From assembly GCA_964291405.2 (NCBI GenBank), contig OZ219926.1, forward strand, positions 992,001 through 1,056,000: a stretch of DNA of 64,000 bases, read 5' to 3'. The translations under genes and the position numbers were made by a program. The stretch is from Thermodesulfobacteriota bacterium. Its GTDB lineage: Bacteria > Desulfobacterota > Binatia > Bin18. Shown piece by piece: positions 20,028-29,814 of the stretch; positions within the stretch are counted from its first letter, which is position 1; each line of letters opens with the position of its first letter. The notes below the pieces were generated by a model. The model made no database searches. It was not told where the DNA came from and saw nothing but the letters and a program-made list of their open reading frames with translations.

Positions 20028-20291
20028 TCAGGCAGCGGTTTTTCCGTGCGCAACTTCCCAGCCTGGAAACACGAGCACGGCGGGATGCACCCGCAAGGCA
20101 CGCGCGAGTGTTTTCGCCCGTTCCACCCCCAGCTTGACCCGGTCTCTTTCGATGGCCGAGATCGTGGATTGCGGGATGCCGGTCTCGGCGGCCAATTCAT
20201 TCTGACTGAGGGCCTGGAGTTCCCGCATGATCCGGACCGACTCGCCAACTGAGAGCTCCACGCGCTTCTTTGCTCTGCGGTACTCCGCCAT
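20028..20291 (-). CDS. XRE-HTH antitoxin
   Basis: LSQNELAAETGIPQSTISAIE; directly follows the toxin gene. Confidence 0.85.
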   Translation of the reverse strand: MAEYRRAKKRVELSVGESVRIMRELQALSQNELAAETGIPQSTISAIERDRVKLGVERAKTLARALRVHPAVLVFPGWEVAHGKTAA

Positions 20292-20573
20292 TTATTTCCT
20301 CCGATAGTCATGCGGCGTGAGACTCACCACTTCCACATATACGCGGTCCCGTTCGATGCGGTAAATGACCCGATACTGGTCATTGAGCCGCGAGGAGCGA
20401 TGCCCGCTCCACCTCCCACGCAGGCGCTCGTCTTTAAACCCACGAATCTGTCGGAGTCCCTCAGGCCCCGAGATTACCACAATGTCCTTCCATTTTTCAT
20501 ACCGCTGCAGGATGTCATGCGGGAGCCGTCTGATTTGCCGATCCACGCGTCGATGCTCGAAAATGTCCCACAC
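20292..20573 (-). CDS. RelE/HigB/YoeB-like mRNA interferase toxin
   Basis: GFKDERLRGRWSGHRSSRLNDQYRVIY...PHDY; GTG at 20573. Confidence 0.85.
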   Translation of the reverse strand: MWDIFEHRRVDRQIRRLPHDILQRYEKWKDIVVISGPEGLRQIRGFKDERLRGRWSGHRSSRLNDQYRVIYRIERDRVYVEVVSLTPHDYRRK

Positions 20574-20581
20574 TGAAACGC

Positions 20582-20609
20582 AGTGTACATACCATTTATG
20601 GTATGTCAA
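20582..20609 (-). promoter_or_regulatory. Promoter with 20-bp operator palindrome
   Basis: TTGACA-16-TACACT; ACATACCAT-TT-ATGGTATGT at 20587-20606. Confidence 0.7.
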
Positions 20610-20698
20610 CAAGCCGCGCGTGCAGCACCTGATGGGCAACCATCATCCGGCCCGGGCCACCGCCGAGCAACAATGGGCGCCCTTCGCAGGAGGAGAGC

Positions 20699-20777
20699 AT
20701 GGCGAAGCGCTACGCATTGAGCCACCGGCACTGGGAGCGGCTTAAGGATAGCCTGTCCGGCATGGTAATGGACTGCG
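20699..20777 (+). pseudogene. N-terminal fragment resembling an IS5/IS427-group transposase
   Basis: AGGAGG RBS then MAKRYALSHRHWERLKDSLSG, similar to the RY.L...QW..I...LPG start of these transposases; truncated. Confidence 0.5.
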
Positions 20778-20913
20778 GGCGCATCGGCCCGCTGTATTTT
20801 CGCGCACGTCTATGCCTGTTTTACCGGGCGCTACCCGCTGACGCTGGGGAGCCGTCCCAAAGGCAGCCCAGCTCTCGCTGTTCGGCGAACAGGTATAGAC
20901 TCGTTCAGGCTGG
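20778..20913 (+). pseudogene. Internally deleted remnant of a purF 3' half
   Basis: 20778-20813 matches purF 19215-19251; 20812-20913 matches 19826-19926 with 4 substitutions and a 1-nt insertion. Confidence 0.9.
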
Positions 20914-20956
20914 GTTATGGGTGGCCTCGGCCACAGCTTCGCGTCGCCCTTCCCCG

Positions 20957-21112
20957 CGAGAGCAGTTTCCTCCGTGGTGTAGCGAGGTGCTCTCCAGAGT
21001 TCCGTAGGGTGCATCCCATGCACCACCTTTCCCCGGTGCGCAGGGCGCACCCTACGTATCAGGAAACGCGCGGAGGCCGGTGGACGCTATACTAATGTGA
21101 ATTTTGCTCTAG
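20957..21112 (+). mobile_element. MITE-like element A, copy 2
   Basis: 156 bp; the equivalent empty site is visible at 22607-22640. Confidence 0.85.
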
Positions 21113-21298
21113 AGCCAATCACGCTGCGGTGGAGCGTGTCTCTCTTCTCCTTGAGGAGTGCGGGCTGGAAGCCCGCAAGCGGCCAGGATGGCCGCCCTCC
21201 CAGGAGGGGAGCCACCCCCATCCCCTCCCAGGCCGTTTGGGGCAGGCCGGTGTCCTTCCCGATGAGCGCGTACCGGCACGACTCAATGTCGATTCAGC

Positions 21299-22360
21299 CT
21301 AGTTGACCGACTCTAAGACCAAGCTTTGTTGACTCGTTTCCCACACGAAGGTGGCGTTCTCACCCATGTGGGGAAAGTTGGGAATCGTGCACATCCCCTC
21401 AGCATCGGACAAGAAGTCATCGTCGAATGCCGCCACCGTAAACGTGGAGGACGCCACCTCTTCGCCGTTCCGTATCAAGCGGGCCGTTCGCTCGCCCGGC
21501 CCCAAACGACCCCAGTTGAAGAGAGAGGAAAACCCATTATCGATATCCCCACACACGGCTTCGGTGTCAGTTCGCTCTGTACCCTGCAACACCGTCTGGG
21601 TCAGAATGACGCCCTCAGCATCACTGAATTCCACTTCCAACTCTCCACCCAAGCACGACCAGCCTGATACCAGCCCGATCCCACTGACGTTTGTCCCAGG
21701 GGACGGGATTTCAAGGGACGCACCAGCCGGCGGAACGCTCCCATCGGCGAGTTCAAAATCCCCTTCCAGTTCAAAACTCGTTGTTCCTGCATAGATGAAG
21801 AAGCCTTCAGGCCCCCCCGTTTGCCCTACCTGAGTAAAGGTCCCAGCCCCCGAGGTCGTCCAGCTTCCACTCGAACCTTCTGCAATCCCCGTCCCACCTG
21901 CTGCTGTGACACTCTCCGTATAGGTAAAAGAGCAGCCTGCTTGCGGGGCCATGTTCTCATCAAAGCAAGAAGAAGGTGAGCAACCCGTGCCGATACCTAT
22001 CGAATGAAAAACATCCTCAGTCCCTTCAAGTTGGCAGTGATAATGGTTCGTGCTTACATTTTCGAATTCCCCCGCATCGCAAGCTCCCGTAGGCTCTTGG
22101 AGGAATTCAAACCTCATCTGGGCTGCGTGACACAACATGGCACCACCGAGTGTGGTATAGCCACGTAAGGTGTTAGTGCCAATCGTGTGAGAGAAGGTGC
22201 CATCCGGATTGAAAACTAGGTTCGTAGTAAAAAAGCCTTGCGCCGTCCCCGTAAACGGAGCTGCCCATGCAGAGCTCGCGGTGCATATAAGCGCCCCAAG
22301 AATAAATGATCCTAGTTTTCCGAATCTCCCTCTACGGCTTCCCCTTTCGTTTGTCTGCAT
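21299..22360 (-). CDS. Putative secreted Cys-containing beta-rich protein
   Basis: ATG 22360 after GGAG; signal peptide ending AWA; AT-richer codon use; C-terminal domain with SGIG..SGW.C, GTER.DT..VCGD.DNGF..LFNW. Confidence 0.75.
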   Translation of the reverse strand: MQTNERGSRRGRFGKLGSFILGALICTASSAWAAPFTGTAQGFFTTNLVFNPDGTFSHTIGTNTLRGYTTLGGAMLCHAAQMRFEFLQEPTGACDAGEFENVSTNHYHCQLEGTEDVFHSIGIGTGCSPSSCFDENMAPQAGCSFTYTESVTAAGGTGIAEGSSGSWTTSGAGTFTQVGQTGGPEGFFIYAGTTSFELEGDFELADGSVPPAGASLEIPSPGTNVSGIGLVSGWSCLGGELEVEFSDAEGVILTQTVLQGTERTDTEAVCGDIDNGFSSLFNWGRLGPGERTARLIRNGEEVASSTFTVAAFDDDFLSDAEGMCTIPNFPHMGENATFVWETSQQSLVLESVN

Positions 22361-22771
22361 ACTCTTCTCCCTTCTTTCCTTTGCGTTTGGAATACCCATA
22401 CTTGATAGGATCATCTTTTTCACCCCCACCCACCCCAAGGTACAGTAGGGGTCTGATTTATCTCTGTTTTTTTGACGGCGAGGATCGGATATTCGGTCAA
22501 GATTGAACCGAAAATCCTTCGCGTTCGTCATGCTCTCTGCCAATCACGGAAGTGCGGGCAGAAGAAGAAATGAGCGAACTGGGGTAAGTCGGTTAAAATT
22601 TTACACCGCCCTTCCCCGCTAGCGCAAAGAACGCTGCGGTGGAGCGCGGCTCTCTTCTCCCTCAGGAGTGCGGGCTTCCAGCCCGCAGGCGGCCAGGATG
22701 GCCGCTCTCCCAGGATCGGGAAACGCGCTGGTGACCACGCAGACGGAGCCCCGACCCCGGCCTGGCAGGGT

Positions 22772-22800
22772 TTGACCCTGCCCCAGGGAACTTCTATTCT
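22772..22800 (+). promoter_or_regulatory. Promoter of pgsA operon
   Basis: TTGACC-17-TATTCT. Confidence 0.55.
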
Positions 22801-22848
22801 AGGCGGGAGTTTTGCTCGCACCGGGGCTGTGAACGTCCGGAACTCGGC

Positions 22849-23481
22849 ATGTCAGATCTCCCCAATCTTTTGAGCTTCCTGCGCATCGCGCTGGTTCCCT
22901 TTCTGGTCTATTGCCTGACGGATACGGACCCGGCCTCCAGCCTGATGGCGGCGGGGATTTTCTTCATTGCCTGTCTGACCGATTATTTCGACGGCTATCT
23001 TGCCCGAAAGCACGGGCAGACAACCATTCTCGGCACCTTCCTCGACCCGCTGGCCGATAAACTGCTGGTCATGGCCGTCCTGGTCATGCTGGTGGCCAGC
23101 GACCGTGTCCCGGGCCCTCCGGCCTGGATGGTGGTGGTGATCCTCGGGCGGGAAATCGCGGTGACCGGGCTGCGGAGTGTCGCCGCCGGACAGGGACTGG
23201 TCGTTTCCGCCGACCAGCTTGGCAAATATAAAACCCTCTTCCAGATGTTTGCCCTGCACGGCCTGATTATTCACTATCAATACGGCTTCATCGATTTTCA
23301 TCTCCTGGGGATGTATTTTTTGTGGATCGCCCTGGTTGTCGGCGTGTGGTCCGGCCTCGCCTATCATGTCACGGTGGCACGCCTGCTGCTGGGCAAACAT
23401 CGGGCCGCAACCCCGGCGCAACGCGCCTCCCTACCCGCTTCGACCCCGCCTGCCCGGCAACAACCGGAGAGGTCGGCATGA
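22849..23481 (+). CDS. pgsA: CDP-diacylglycerol--glycerol-3-phosphate phosphatidyltransferase
   Basis: [30 protein letters not shown]. Confidence 0.95.
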   Translation: MSDLPNLLSFLRIALVPFLVYCLTDTDPASSLMAAGIFFIACLTDYFDGYLARKHGQTTILGTFLDPLADKLLVMAVLVMLVASDRVPGPPAWMVVVILGREIAVTGLRSVAAGQGLVVSADQLGKYKTLFQMFALHGLIIHYQYGFIDFHLLGMYFLWIALVVGVWSGLAYHVTVARLLLGKHRAATPAQRASLPASTPPARQQPERSA

Positions 23482-24485
23482 CGGTCCTGGTGACGGGCGC
23501 GGGCGGTTTTATCGGCTTTCATGTCGGCAAGTATTTACTCGAACGCGGCGATACCGTCGTCGGACTCGACAACCTGAGCCCCTATTATGATGTGCGTCTG
23601 AAAGAAGCCCGCCTCGCCCGGCTCACCGCTTATGAGCGGTTTGCATTTGTACGGCTCGACCTGGCTGACCGGCAAGGCATGGAGGACCTGTTCGCCCGTC
23701 ACGCGCCGGAGCGGGTGATCCACCTCGCGGCCCAGGCCGGGGTGCGCCACTCCCTGACCAATCCGCACGCCTATATCGACAGCAATCTCGTGGGGTTCAT
23801 GCATATCCTCGAAGGCTGCCGGCAGACCAGGGTACAGCATCTGACGTACGCGTCGAGCAGCTCGGTGTACGGTGCCAATACAAAGCTGCCCTTTTCGGTG
23901 CAGGACAATGTTGACCACCCGGTCTCCCTGTATGCCGTCTCGAAAAAGGCCAACGAACTGCTGGCCCATACCTACAGCCATGCCTATCACCTGCCGACGA
24001 CGGGCCTGCGCTTTTTCACCGTGTATGGCCCGTGGGGCCGGCCGGATATGGCCCTGTTCATCTTCACCAAAGCCATCTTGTCCGGCGAGCCGATTGAGGT
24101 GTTCAACTACGGCAGGATGCAGCGCGCCTTTACCTATATCGACGATATTGTCGAGGGAGTGGTGCGCGCGCATGACCGTATTGCCCAATCCGACCCCCGC
24201 TGGTCGGGCAGGAACCCGGACCCCGGCACGAGTACCGCGCCCTACCGCGTGTATAATATCGGCCATCCCCGGCCGGTGGAGTTACTCCGCTTTATCGAAG
24301 TGCTGGAACATACCCTGGGAAAGAAGGCCGAAAAACGCCTGCTGCCGCTGCAGGCCGGCGACATCCCGGCCACCTGGGCCGATGTTGAGGACCTCATGCA
24401 CGATGTGGGCTTTCGTCCCGTCACGACCATTGAGGAAGGCATTCCCCGCTTCGTGAAGTGGTACCGTGAGTATTACCGGGTCTAG
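23478..24485 (+). CDS. NAD-dependent epimerase (UDP-glucuronate 4-epimerase type)
   Basis: [36 protein letters not shown]. Confidence 0.92.
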   Translation: MTVLVTGAGGFIGFHVGKYLLERGDTVVGLDNLSPYYDVRLKEARLARLTAYERFAFVRLDLADRQGMEDLFARHAPERVIHLAAQAGVRHSLTNPHAYIDSNLVGFMHILEGCRQTRVQHLTYASSSSVYGANTKLPFSVQDNVDHPVSLYAVSKKANELLAHTYSHAYHLPTTGLRFFTVYGPWGRPDMALFIFTKAILSGEPIEVFNYGRMQRAFTYIDDIVEGVVRAHDRIAQSDPRWSGRNPDPGTSTAPYRVYNIGHPRPVELLRFIEVLEHTLGKKAEKRLLPLQAGDIPATWADVEDLMHDVGFRPVTTIEEGIPRFVKWYREYYRV

Positions 24486-24816
24486 CGCAGTTTCCTCCGT
24501 GGTGTAGCGAGGTGCTCTCCAGAGTTCCGTCGGGTGCATCCCATGCACCACCTTTCCCCGGTGCGCAGGGCGCACCCTACGGATCGGGCAACGCGCGGAG
24601 GCCGGTGGACGCGACACTAGAGCGTTTTACTATAGGCTGTAGCCCTGCCGTTACGTGCTCGTCATGTCGGACGCGCTCCGGCATCCCTGCTTCGACTTCG
24701 CTCCGCTACGCTCAGCACGAACGGCAGACCGTTAGTCCTGAGCGGCAGGCGCAACGCGCCTGAAGTCGAAGGGCTACACGAAATCGTAATTTGCTCTCAT
24801 GTGAATTTTGCGCTAG
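24482..24816 (+). mobile_element. MITE-like element A, copy 3, containing nested element B
   Basis: Begins at the epimerase CTAG stop; interrupted at ~24618-24798 and resumes with ATGTGAATTTTGCGCTAG. Confidence 0.85.
24618..24798 (+). mobile_element. MITE-like element B with REP-like cargo
   Basis: Ends TAGAGCG.TTTAC.ATA.G.TGTAGCC and GGCTACAC..AATCG.AATTTGCTCT shared with 48744-48881. Confidence 0.8.
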
Positions 24817-24965
24817 CGCACCTGGCGATGCTGTGTAGCGGGTCTCTCTCCTCCTTGAGGAGTGCGGGCTTCCAGCCCGCAAGCGGCCAAGATGGCCGCG
24901 CTCCCAGGAGGGGAGCCACCCCCACACCTTCATGACCCCACAGACTCCACAGACCCCATAGACTT

Positions 24966-25235
24966 TTACGTGCGTTCGTGTGGCGCGAGGGTGGTCAGCG
25001 CCAGCGCGTGGATCGTCTGCTGCATGTCGTCCGCCAACGCGGCGTAGACCAGGCGGTGGCGCTGAACGGAGTTCTTGCCGGTAAACAGCGGAGACACCAC
25101 CGTGACCCGGTAATGCCCGCCGCCGGCCGCGGCTCCGGCATGGCCGGCGTGCAGGGCACTCTCGTCTATGACCCGCACCTCGGTTGCGGACAGGGCCTGC
25201 CGGAGCGTGGACTCGATGTGTTCCTGAGTGGTCAT
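24966..25235 (-). CDS. bolA: BolA-family protein
   Basis: DESALHAGH, FTGKNSVQRHRLVY, IHAL. Confidence 0.93.
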   Translation of the reverse strand: MTTQEHIESTLRQALSATEVRVIDESALHAGHAGAAAGGGHYRVTVVSPLFTGKNSVQRHRLVYAALADDMQQTIHALALTTLAPHERT

Positions 25236-25242
25236 TGGTCAC

Positions 25243-25292
25243 AGAGTAAACGTGTCCTCCAATAGATACCAGATGCCGGACGCGTTTACTCT
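25243..25292. repeat. Palindrome family copy containing the enoyl-CoA hydratase stop codon
   Basis: AGAGTAAACGTGTCC / GGACGCGTTTACTCT. Confidence 0.85.
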
Positions 25293-26095
25293 TTTTCGTG
25301 CGCGGAGGGAAAAACCGGGGCACGGCGTTCCATCACGGAACTGAGCCCCTCGCCCACGTCTTTGCCAAAGAAGCCCAGCATCTCCAGGGCGAGCGAATAA
25401 TCGAACGAGGTATGCGCGGCGGCCCGCAGCCACTGGTTGAGCGACTGCTTGGTCCAACGAATGGCCTGCTGGGCGCCCGTCGCCAGTTTGTTCGCGACCT
25501 CCATCGCCTTGGGCATGAGCTCGTCCGGTGGGACGACCATGCTGACCAGGCCTATGCGCTCGGCTTCTTTGGCATCCAGCATGTCACACGTCAGCAAATA
25601 GTATTTGGCCTTTGCCATGCCGACCAGGAGGGGCCAGATAACCGCGGCGTGGTCTCCGGCGGCCACCCCCAGCCGGGTATGCCCGTCGGTAAAACGCGCC
25701 TTCTCCGAGGCAATGCTGATATCGGCCAGCAGTGCGACCGCCAGCCCCGCCCCGACCGCCACGCCGTTAATCGCCGAAATAATGGGCTTGTCGCAGTTGA
25801 TCATATTGTGAACGATGTCCCGCGCTTCTTTCATGGTCTCGGAGACCACATCAAGATTGCCCATGGATTTCTCGACCACATCAAAATCGCCCCCGGCCGA
25901 GAAGGCCCGACCGGCTCCCGTAATCACCGCTACGCGCACCTCCGGGTCGTCTGCGATATCGAGCCAGACCTTGCTCAGCTCGTAGTGCAGGCGGAAGTTG
26001 GTCGAGTTGAGGGACTCGGGCCGGTTAATCGTCAAGAGAGCAATTCCATCGTTCTTCTCGATGACGAGATGTTCGTAATTTTCCCGGTACGCCAT
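25286..26095 (-). CDS. Enoyl-CoA hydratase/isomerase family protein
   Basis: [30 protein letters not shown]. Confidence 0.92.
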   Translation of the reverse strand: MAYRENYEHLVIEKNDGIALLTINRPESLNSTNFRLHYELSKVWLDIADDPEVRVAVITGAGRAFSAGGDFDVVEKSMGNLDVVSETMKEARDIVHNMINCDKPIISAINGVAVGAGLAVALLADISIASEKARFTDGHTRLGVAAGDHAAVIWPLLVGMAKAKYYLLTCDMLDAKEAERIGLVSMVVPPDELMPKAMEVANKLATGAQQAIRWTKQSLNQWLRAAAHTSFDYSLALEMLGFFGKDVGEGLSSVMERRAPVFPSAHEKE

Positions 26096-26455
26096 GCTGC
26101 TTCCTCCTTCTTCTTATGCCGGTATGGGTTCCAGCTTTTCAAAGCCGGGCGGATTTGTACAGTCAGGGCAAAGTCGGTGGAACCCACCTCGCCGCTACGC
26201 GACACAAAGAGGAAACGTGTCCTCCAAACAGAAGGGCCGGGGTGGGTTTCCAGAAGTGCGGGCTTCCAGCCCGCAAGCGGCCAGGATGGCCGCGCTCCCA
26301 GGAGAGGAGCCACCCCCATCCCCTCCCAGGCCGTTTGGGGCGGGCCAGTGTCCTGCCCGACGAGCGCGGACTGGCAGGCACGTGATCGGGATGTTCCACC
26401 TCAGCAGGGACGGAGCCCGATGTCAGGGAGCAAACAGTACGAGGACCACCGCTGC

Positions 26456-29152
26456 CTAATGCGCCTCGGCCCAATTGCCGCCCACACCGACATCAACGCG
26501 GAGCGGGACGTTGAGCGCCATCACCCCTTCCATGCTCTCGCGGACCAGGGCCTGTAGCCGCTCAAGCTCGGCGTCCGGCACCTCGAATAACAGCTCGTCG
26601 TGCACCTGGAGGAGCATGCGCGTCTGTAGCCCCTGCTGGTCGAGCTGGCGCGCAATGGTGACCATGGCGACTTTGATGAGATCGGCCGCCGTGCCCTGGA
26701 TGGGGGTGTTGATGGCGACCCGCTGCGCGGCGCTGGCCAGTTGGGGGCTTTTGCTCCCCAGGTCCGGGACATAGCGCCGGCGACCGAACAGCGTCGAGAC
26801 ATAGCCGCGCTCCTGGGCACCGGCCAGCGTGCCGTCCATATAGGTCTTAATGCTGCCGTAGCGGCTGAAATACTGGTCGATATAGGCTTGGGCGGTTTTG
26901 AACGGAATGCGTAAAGTCCGCGCCAGTCGCCGCGCGCCCATCCCGTAGATCAGACCGAAATTGATCGTTTTGGCCTCACGCCGCTGGTTGCTCGAAACCG
27001 CATCTATGGAGGTCTCGAAAATTTCCGCCGCGGTGCGGGCGTGCACGTCCTGCCCTGTGTGAAAGGATTCGACCAGGACGGGGTCCCGGCTCAGGTGGGC
27101 GAGGAGGCGCAGCTCAATCTGGGAGTAGTCGGCGGAGAGGAGGCGCCAGCCGGGTTCCGGCACAAAGGCCGTGCGGATGCGCCGGCCCTCTTCGCTCCGG
27201 ATGGGGATGTTCTGCAAGTTCGGGTTGCTGGAAGACAGCCGGCCCGTCGCCGTCACGGTCTGATTAAACGAGGTATGCACACGACCGGTGTCTGCCCGGA
27301 TGAGCTTGGGCAGGGAGTCAACATAGGTGCTCTGGAGTTTGGCAAAGCTCCGGTAGGCCAGAATTTTCTCCGGCAGCGGATATTCCTCAGCCAGGCGCTC
27401 AAGCACGGATGAATCGGTGGACGATCCCGTCTTGGTCTTTTTGCCACGCGGCAGGCCAAGCTTCTCGAACAGGATGGACTGGAGCTGCTTGGGGGAGGCG
27501 ATATTAAACGGTTCTCCGGCCATGGTGTGGATTTCCGCTTCAAGCCGGTCTCGCTGTTGCCCGAATTCCTCGGACAGGCGCGCCAGCACGGCGGTGTCCA
27601 CCCGCATCCCGGTCCGTTCCATGTGGGCCAGCACCGGAACGAGCGGGGTTTCAATATCGACAAACAGGCTGTCCATGCCTTCTTGTGTGATCCGGGGAAA
27701 TAAACGGTGAGCCAGCCGGAGGGTCATATCCGCGTCTTCCGCGGCGTAGCGCGTGGCGTCTTCGACCGATACCTCGGCGAAATTCTTTTTGGCGCCGTCG
27801 GTCACGTCCTCATACGAGACCATGGTGTAGCCCAGATGTTCTTGAGCCAGGTCATTCAGGTTGTGGCGCTGGGTGGGGTTGAGGAGATACGAGGCCAGCA
27901 TGGTGTCGGCCAGGCGGTTGTGCGAGCGCAGGCCATAGTTGGCCAAGACCATCAGGTCGTATTTCAGGTTCTGACCGATGAGGGTCAGCGAGGGATCGGC
28001 AAAAAGCGTGCGGAGCGCGGCGAGGGTCTTGTCGAGTGGTAATTGGGGAGCGGCATCGTCCGAGCGGTGTCCAACCGGAATATACCAGGCCTGCCGCTCT
28101 TCGATCGCCAGCGACACACCCACCAGCTCCGCATCGAGCGGGTTGAGTGCTGTCGTTTCCGTATCGAGGCAGTAGGTTTTGGCTGCCTGAATGCGGGAGA
28201 CGAGCGAGTCGAGCTGTTGCGCGGTGTGCACGGACTCGTAGACACCGGGGGGTTCCGCCGGCGCGGCGCGTTCATCGGCCAGGGAGAACTCCCAGTCGGT
28301 GTCCAGATCGGCCAGGAAGCGACGGAATTCAAACTCGGTAAACAGCTCGTGTAACCGCTCGTGGTCAGGTTCTGTCAGCGCCAGGTCTTCAAGCGCCGGG
28401 GTCAAGGGCACATCCTGTCTGAGGGTCGCCAGCGTTTTTGACAGGCGGGCCAATTCGGCGTGCTCCCGAACCCGCTGGCCCAGCTTGCCCTTGATTTCGG
28501 CGGCGTGCTGCAGCACGCTCTCCAAATTTTGCCACTGCGTGATCAGCTTGATCGCGGTCTTCTCACCAACACCGGGGATGCCGGGGATATTGTCGGTGGC
28601 GTCGCCCATCAACGCCTGGACCTCGACAACGCGGCCCGGCTCGACGCCGAATTTTGCCTGTACTTCGGCGAGGCCGATGCGCCGGTCCCGCATGGTATCG
28701 AGCATGCTGACGCGCTCCGAGACAAGCTGCATCAGGTCTTTGTCCCCGGAGACAATGACCACCTCCACGCCGTCTCCCTCCCAGCGCGTCGCCAGGGTGG
28801 CGATAATGTCATCAGCCTCGTAACCGGCAAGTTCAAGAATGGGGATATTATAGGCTTGGACAACCTCTTTTATGCGGGGGATCTGCACCCGCAGCTCGTC
28901 CGGCATTGTGGTCCGGTTGGCCTTATACGGCGGATAGATCTCGTGGCGAAAATTCTTTCCTGGAGAGTCAAAAACCATGCCGATATGGCTGGGTGCATGC
29001 TCCGCATGCAGACGCTGGAGCATATTCACAAAGCCAAAGATGGCGTTGGTTGGAAATCCCTGAGCGTTGGTCAGATCCCGTACCGCGTAAAAGGCACGGT
29101 AGATGTACGACTGTCCATCAATGAGGAAAACGGGAGTGGATACTGGTGTCAC
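26456..29152 (-). CDS. polA: DNA polymerase I
   Basis: LIDG..YIYRAF, LDTETT, DYSQIELR, AKTINFGLIYG, LQVHDEL; start estimated. Confidence 0.96.
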   Translation of the reverse strand: MTPVSTPVFLIDGQSYIYRAFYAVRDLTNAQGFPTNAIFGFVNMLQRLHAEHAPSHIGMVFDSPGKNFRHEIYPPYKANRTTMPDELRVQIPRIKEVVQAYNIPILELAGYEADDIIATLATRWEGDGVEVVIVSGDKDLMQLVSERVSMLDTMRDRRIGLAEVQAKFGVEPGRVVEVQALMGDATDNIPGIPGVGEKTAIKLITQWQNLESVLQHAAEIKGKLGQRVREHAELARLSKTLATLRQDVPLTPALEDLALTEPDHERLHELFTEFEFRRFLADLDTDWEFSLADERAAPAEPPGVYESVHTAQQLDSLVSRIQAAKTYCLDTETTALNPLDAELVGVSLAIEERQAWYIPVGHRSDDAAPQLPLDKTLAALRTLFADPSLTLIGQNLKYDLMVLANYGLRSHNRLADTMLASYLLNPTQRHNLNDLAQEHLGYTMVSYEDVTDGAKKNFAEVSVEDATRYAAEDADMTLRLAHRLFPRITQEGMDSLFVDIETPLVPVLAHMERTGMRVDTAVLARLSEEFGQQRDRLEAEIHTMAGEPFNIASPKQLQSILFEKLGLPRGKKTKTGSSTDSSVLERLAEEYPLPEKILAYRSFAKLQSTYVDSLPKLIRADTGRVHTSFNQTVTATGRLSSSNPNLQNIPIRSEEGRRIRTAFVPEPGWRLLSADYSQIELRLLAHLSRDPVLVESFHTGQDVHARTAAEIFETSIDAVSSNQRREAKTINFGLIYGMGARRLARTLRIPFKTAQAYIDQYFSRYGSIKTYMDGTLAGAQERGYVSTLFGRRRYVPDLGSKSPQLASAAQRVAINTPIQGTAADLIKVAMVTIARQLDQQGLQTRMLLQVHDELLFEVPDAELERLQALVRESMEGVMALNVPLRVDVGVGGNWAEAH

Positions 29153-29179
29153 AACGCAACTGCGGCAGGAGAAGGAGAA

Positions 29180-29253
29180 AGCGGGTGACCGGGGTCGAAC
29201 CGGCGACCTTGTGCTTGGCAAGCACACGCTCTAGCCAGCTGAGCTACACCCGC
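29180..29253 (-). tRNA. tRNA-Gly(GCC), CCA not encoded
   Basis: Cloverleaf; TGTGC-TTGCCAA-GCACA anticodon arm. Confidence 0.96.
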
Positions 29254-29301
29254 GTTGAGCACGATAATCAGGGGCTGAATCTACCACACCTCAGCCGAGA
29301 G

Positions 29302-29781
29302 TCAACTGTCCGGGCGGGCTGCCGTGCCGGTATGACCGAACCCGCCGTGACGCTGCGTGGAGTCGAGCGCATCGACTTCAGTCCAACGGGCCCGTGCCAC
29401 TGGAGCGATAATGAGCTGGGCGATGCGGTCGCCCCGTTTGACCTCAACCGGTTTGTCGCCAAGGTTGATGAGCAAGATCTTGACCTCTTCCCGATAGTCG
29501 GCGTCTATCGTGCCGGGAGCGTTCAGGATGGTCAGCCCCTGGCGCAGGGCGAGTCCGCTCCGGGGGCGAACCTGGGCTTCGTAGGCCTGCGGCAGGGCGA
29601 GGGCGAATCCGGTCGGAATCACAGACCGTTGGAGAGGGGCAAGGACGACGGTGCCCGTAAGAGCGGCGGCAATATCCATCCCGGCAGAGCCGGGGGTCAT
29701 ATAGCGGGGGAGCGGGATCGCTGGCTCGCCCAGTTCATCCTGGCGTACGCGCGTAATGGGAACGACGATCTGTGCGCTCAC
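29302..29781 (-). CDS. dut: dUTP diphosphatase
   Basis: [32 protein letters not shown]. Confidence 0.96.
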   Translation of the reverse strand: MSAQIVVPITRVRQDELGEPAIPLPRYMTPGSAGMDIAAALTGTVVLAPLQRSVIPTGFALALPQAYEAQVRPRSGLALRQGLTILNAPGTIDADYREEVKILLINLGDKPVEVKRGDRIAQLIIAPVARARWTEVDALDSTQRHGGFGHTGTAARPDS

Positions 29782-29814
29782 CCGCTCGTGCTCCTTCGGT
29801 GGTGTTCTGGACCA

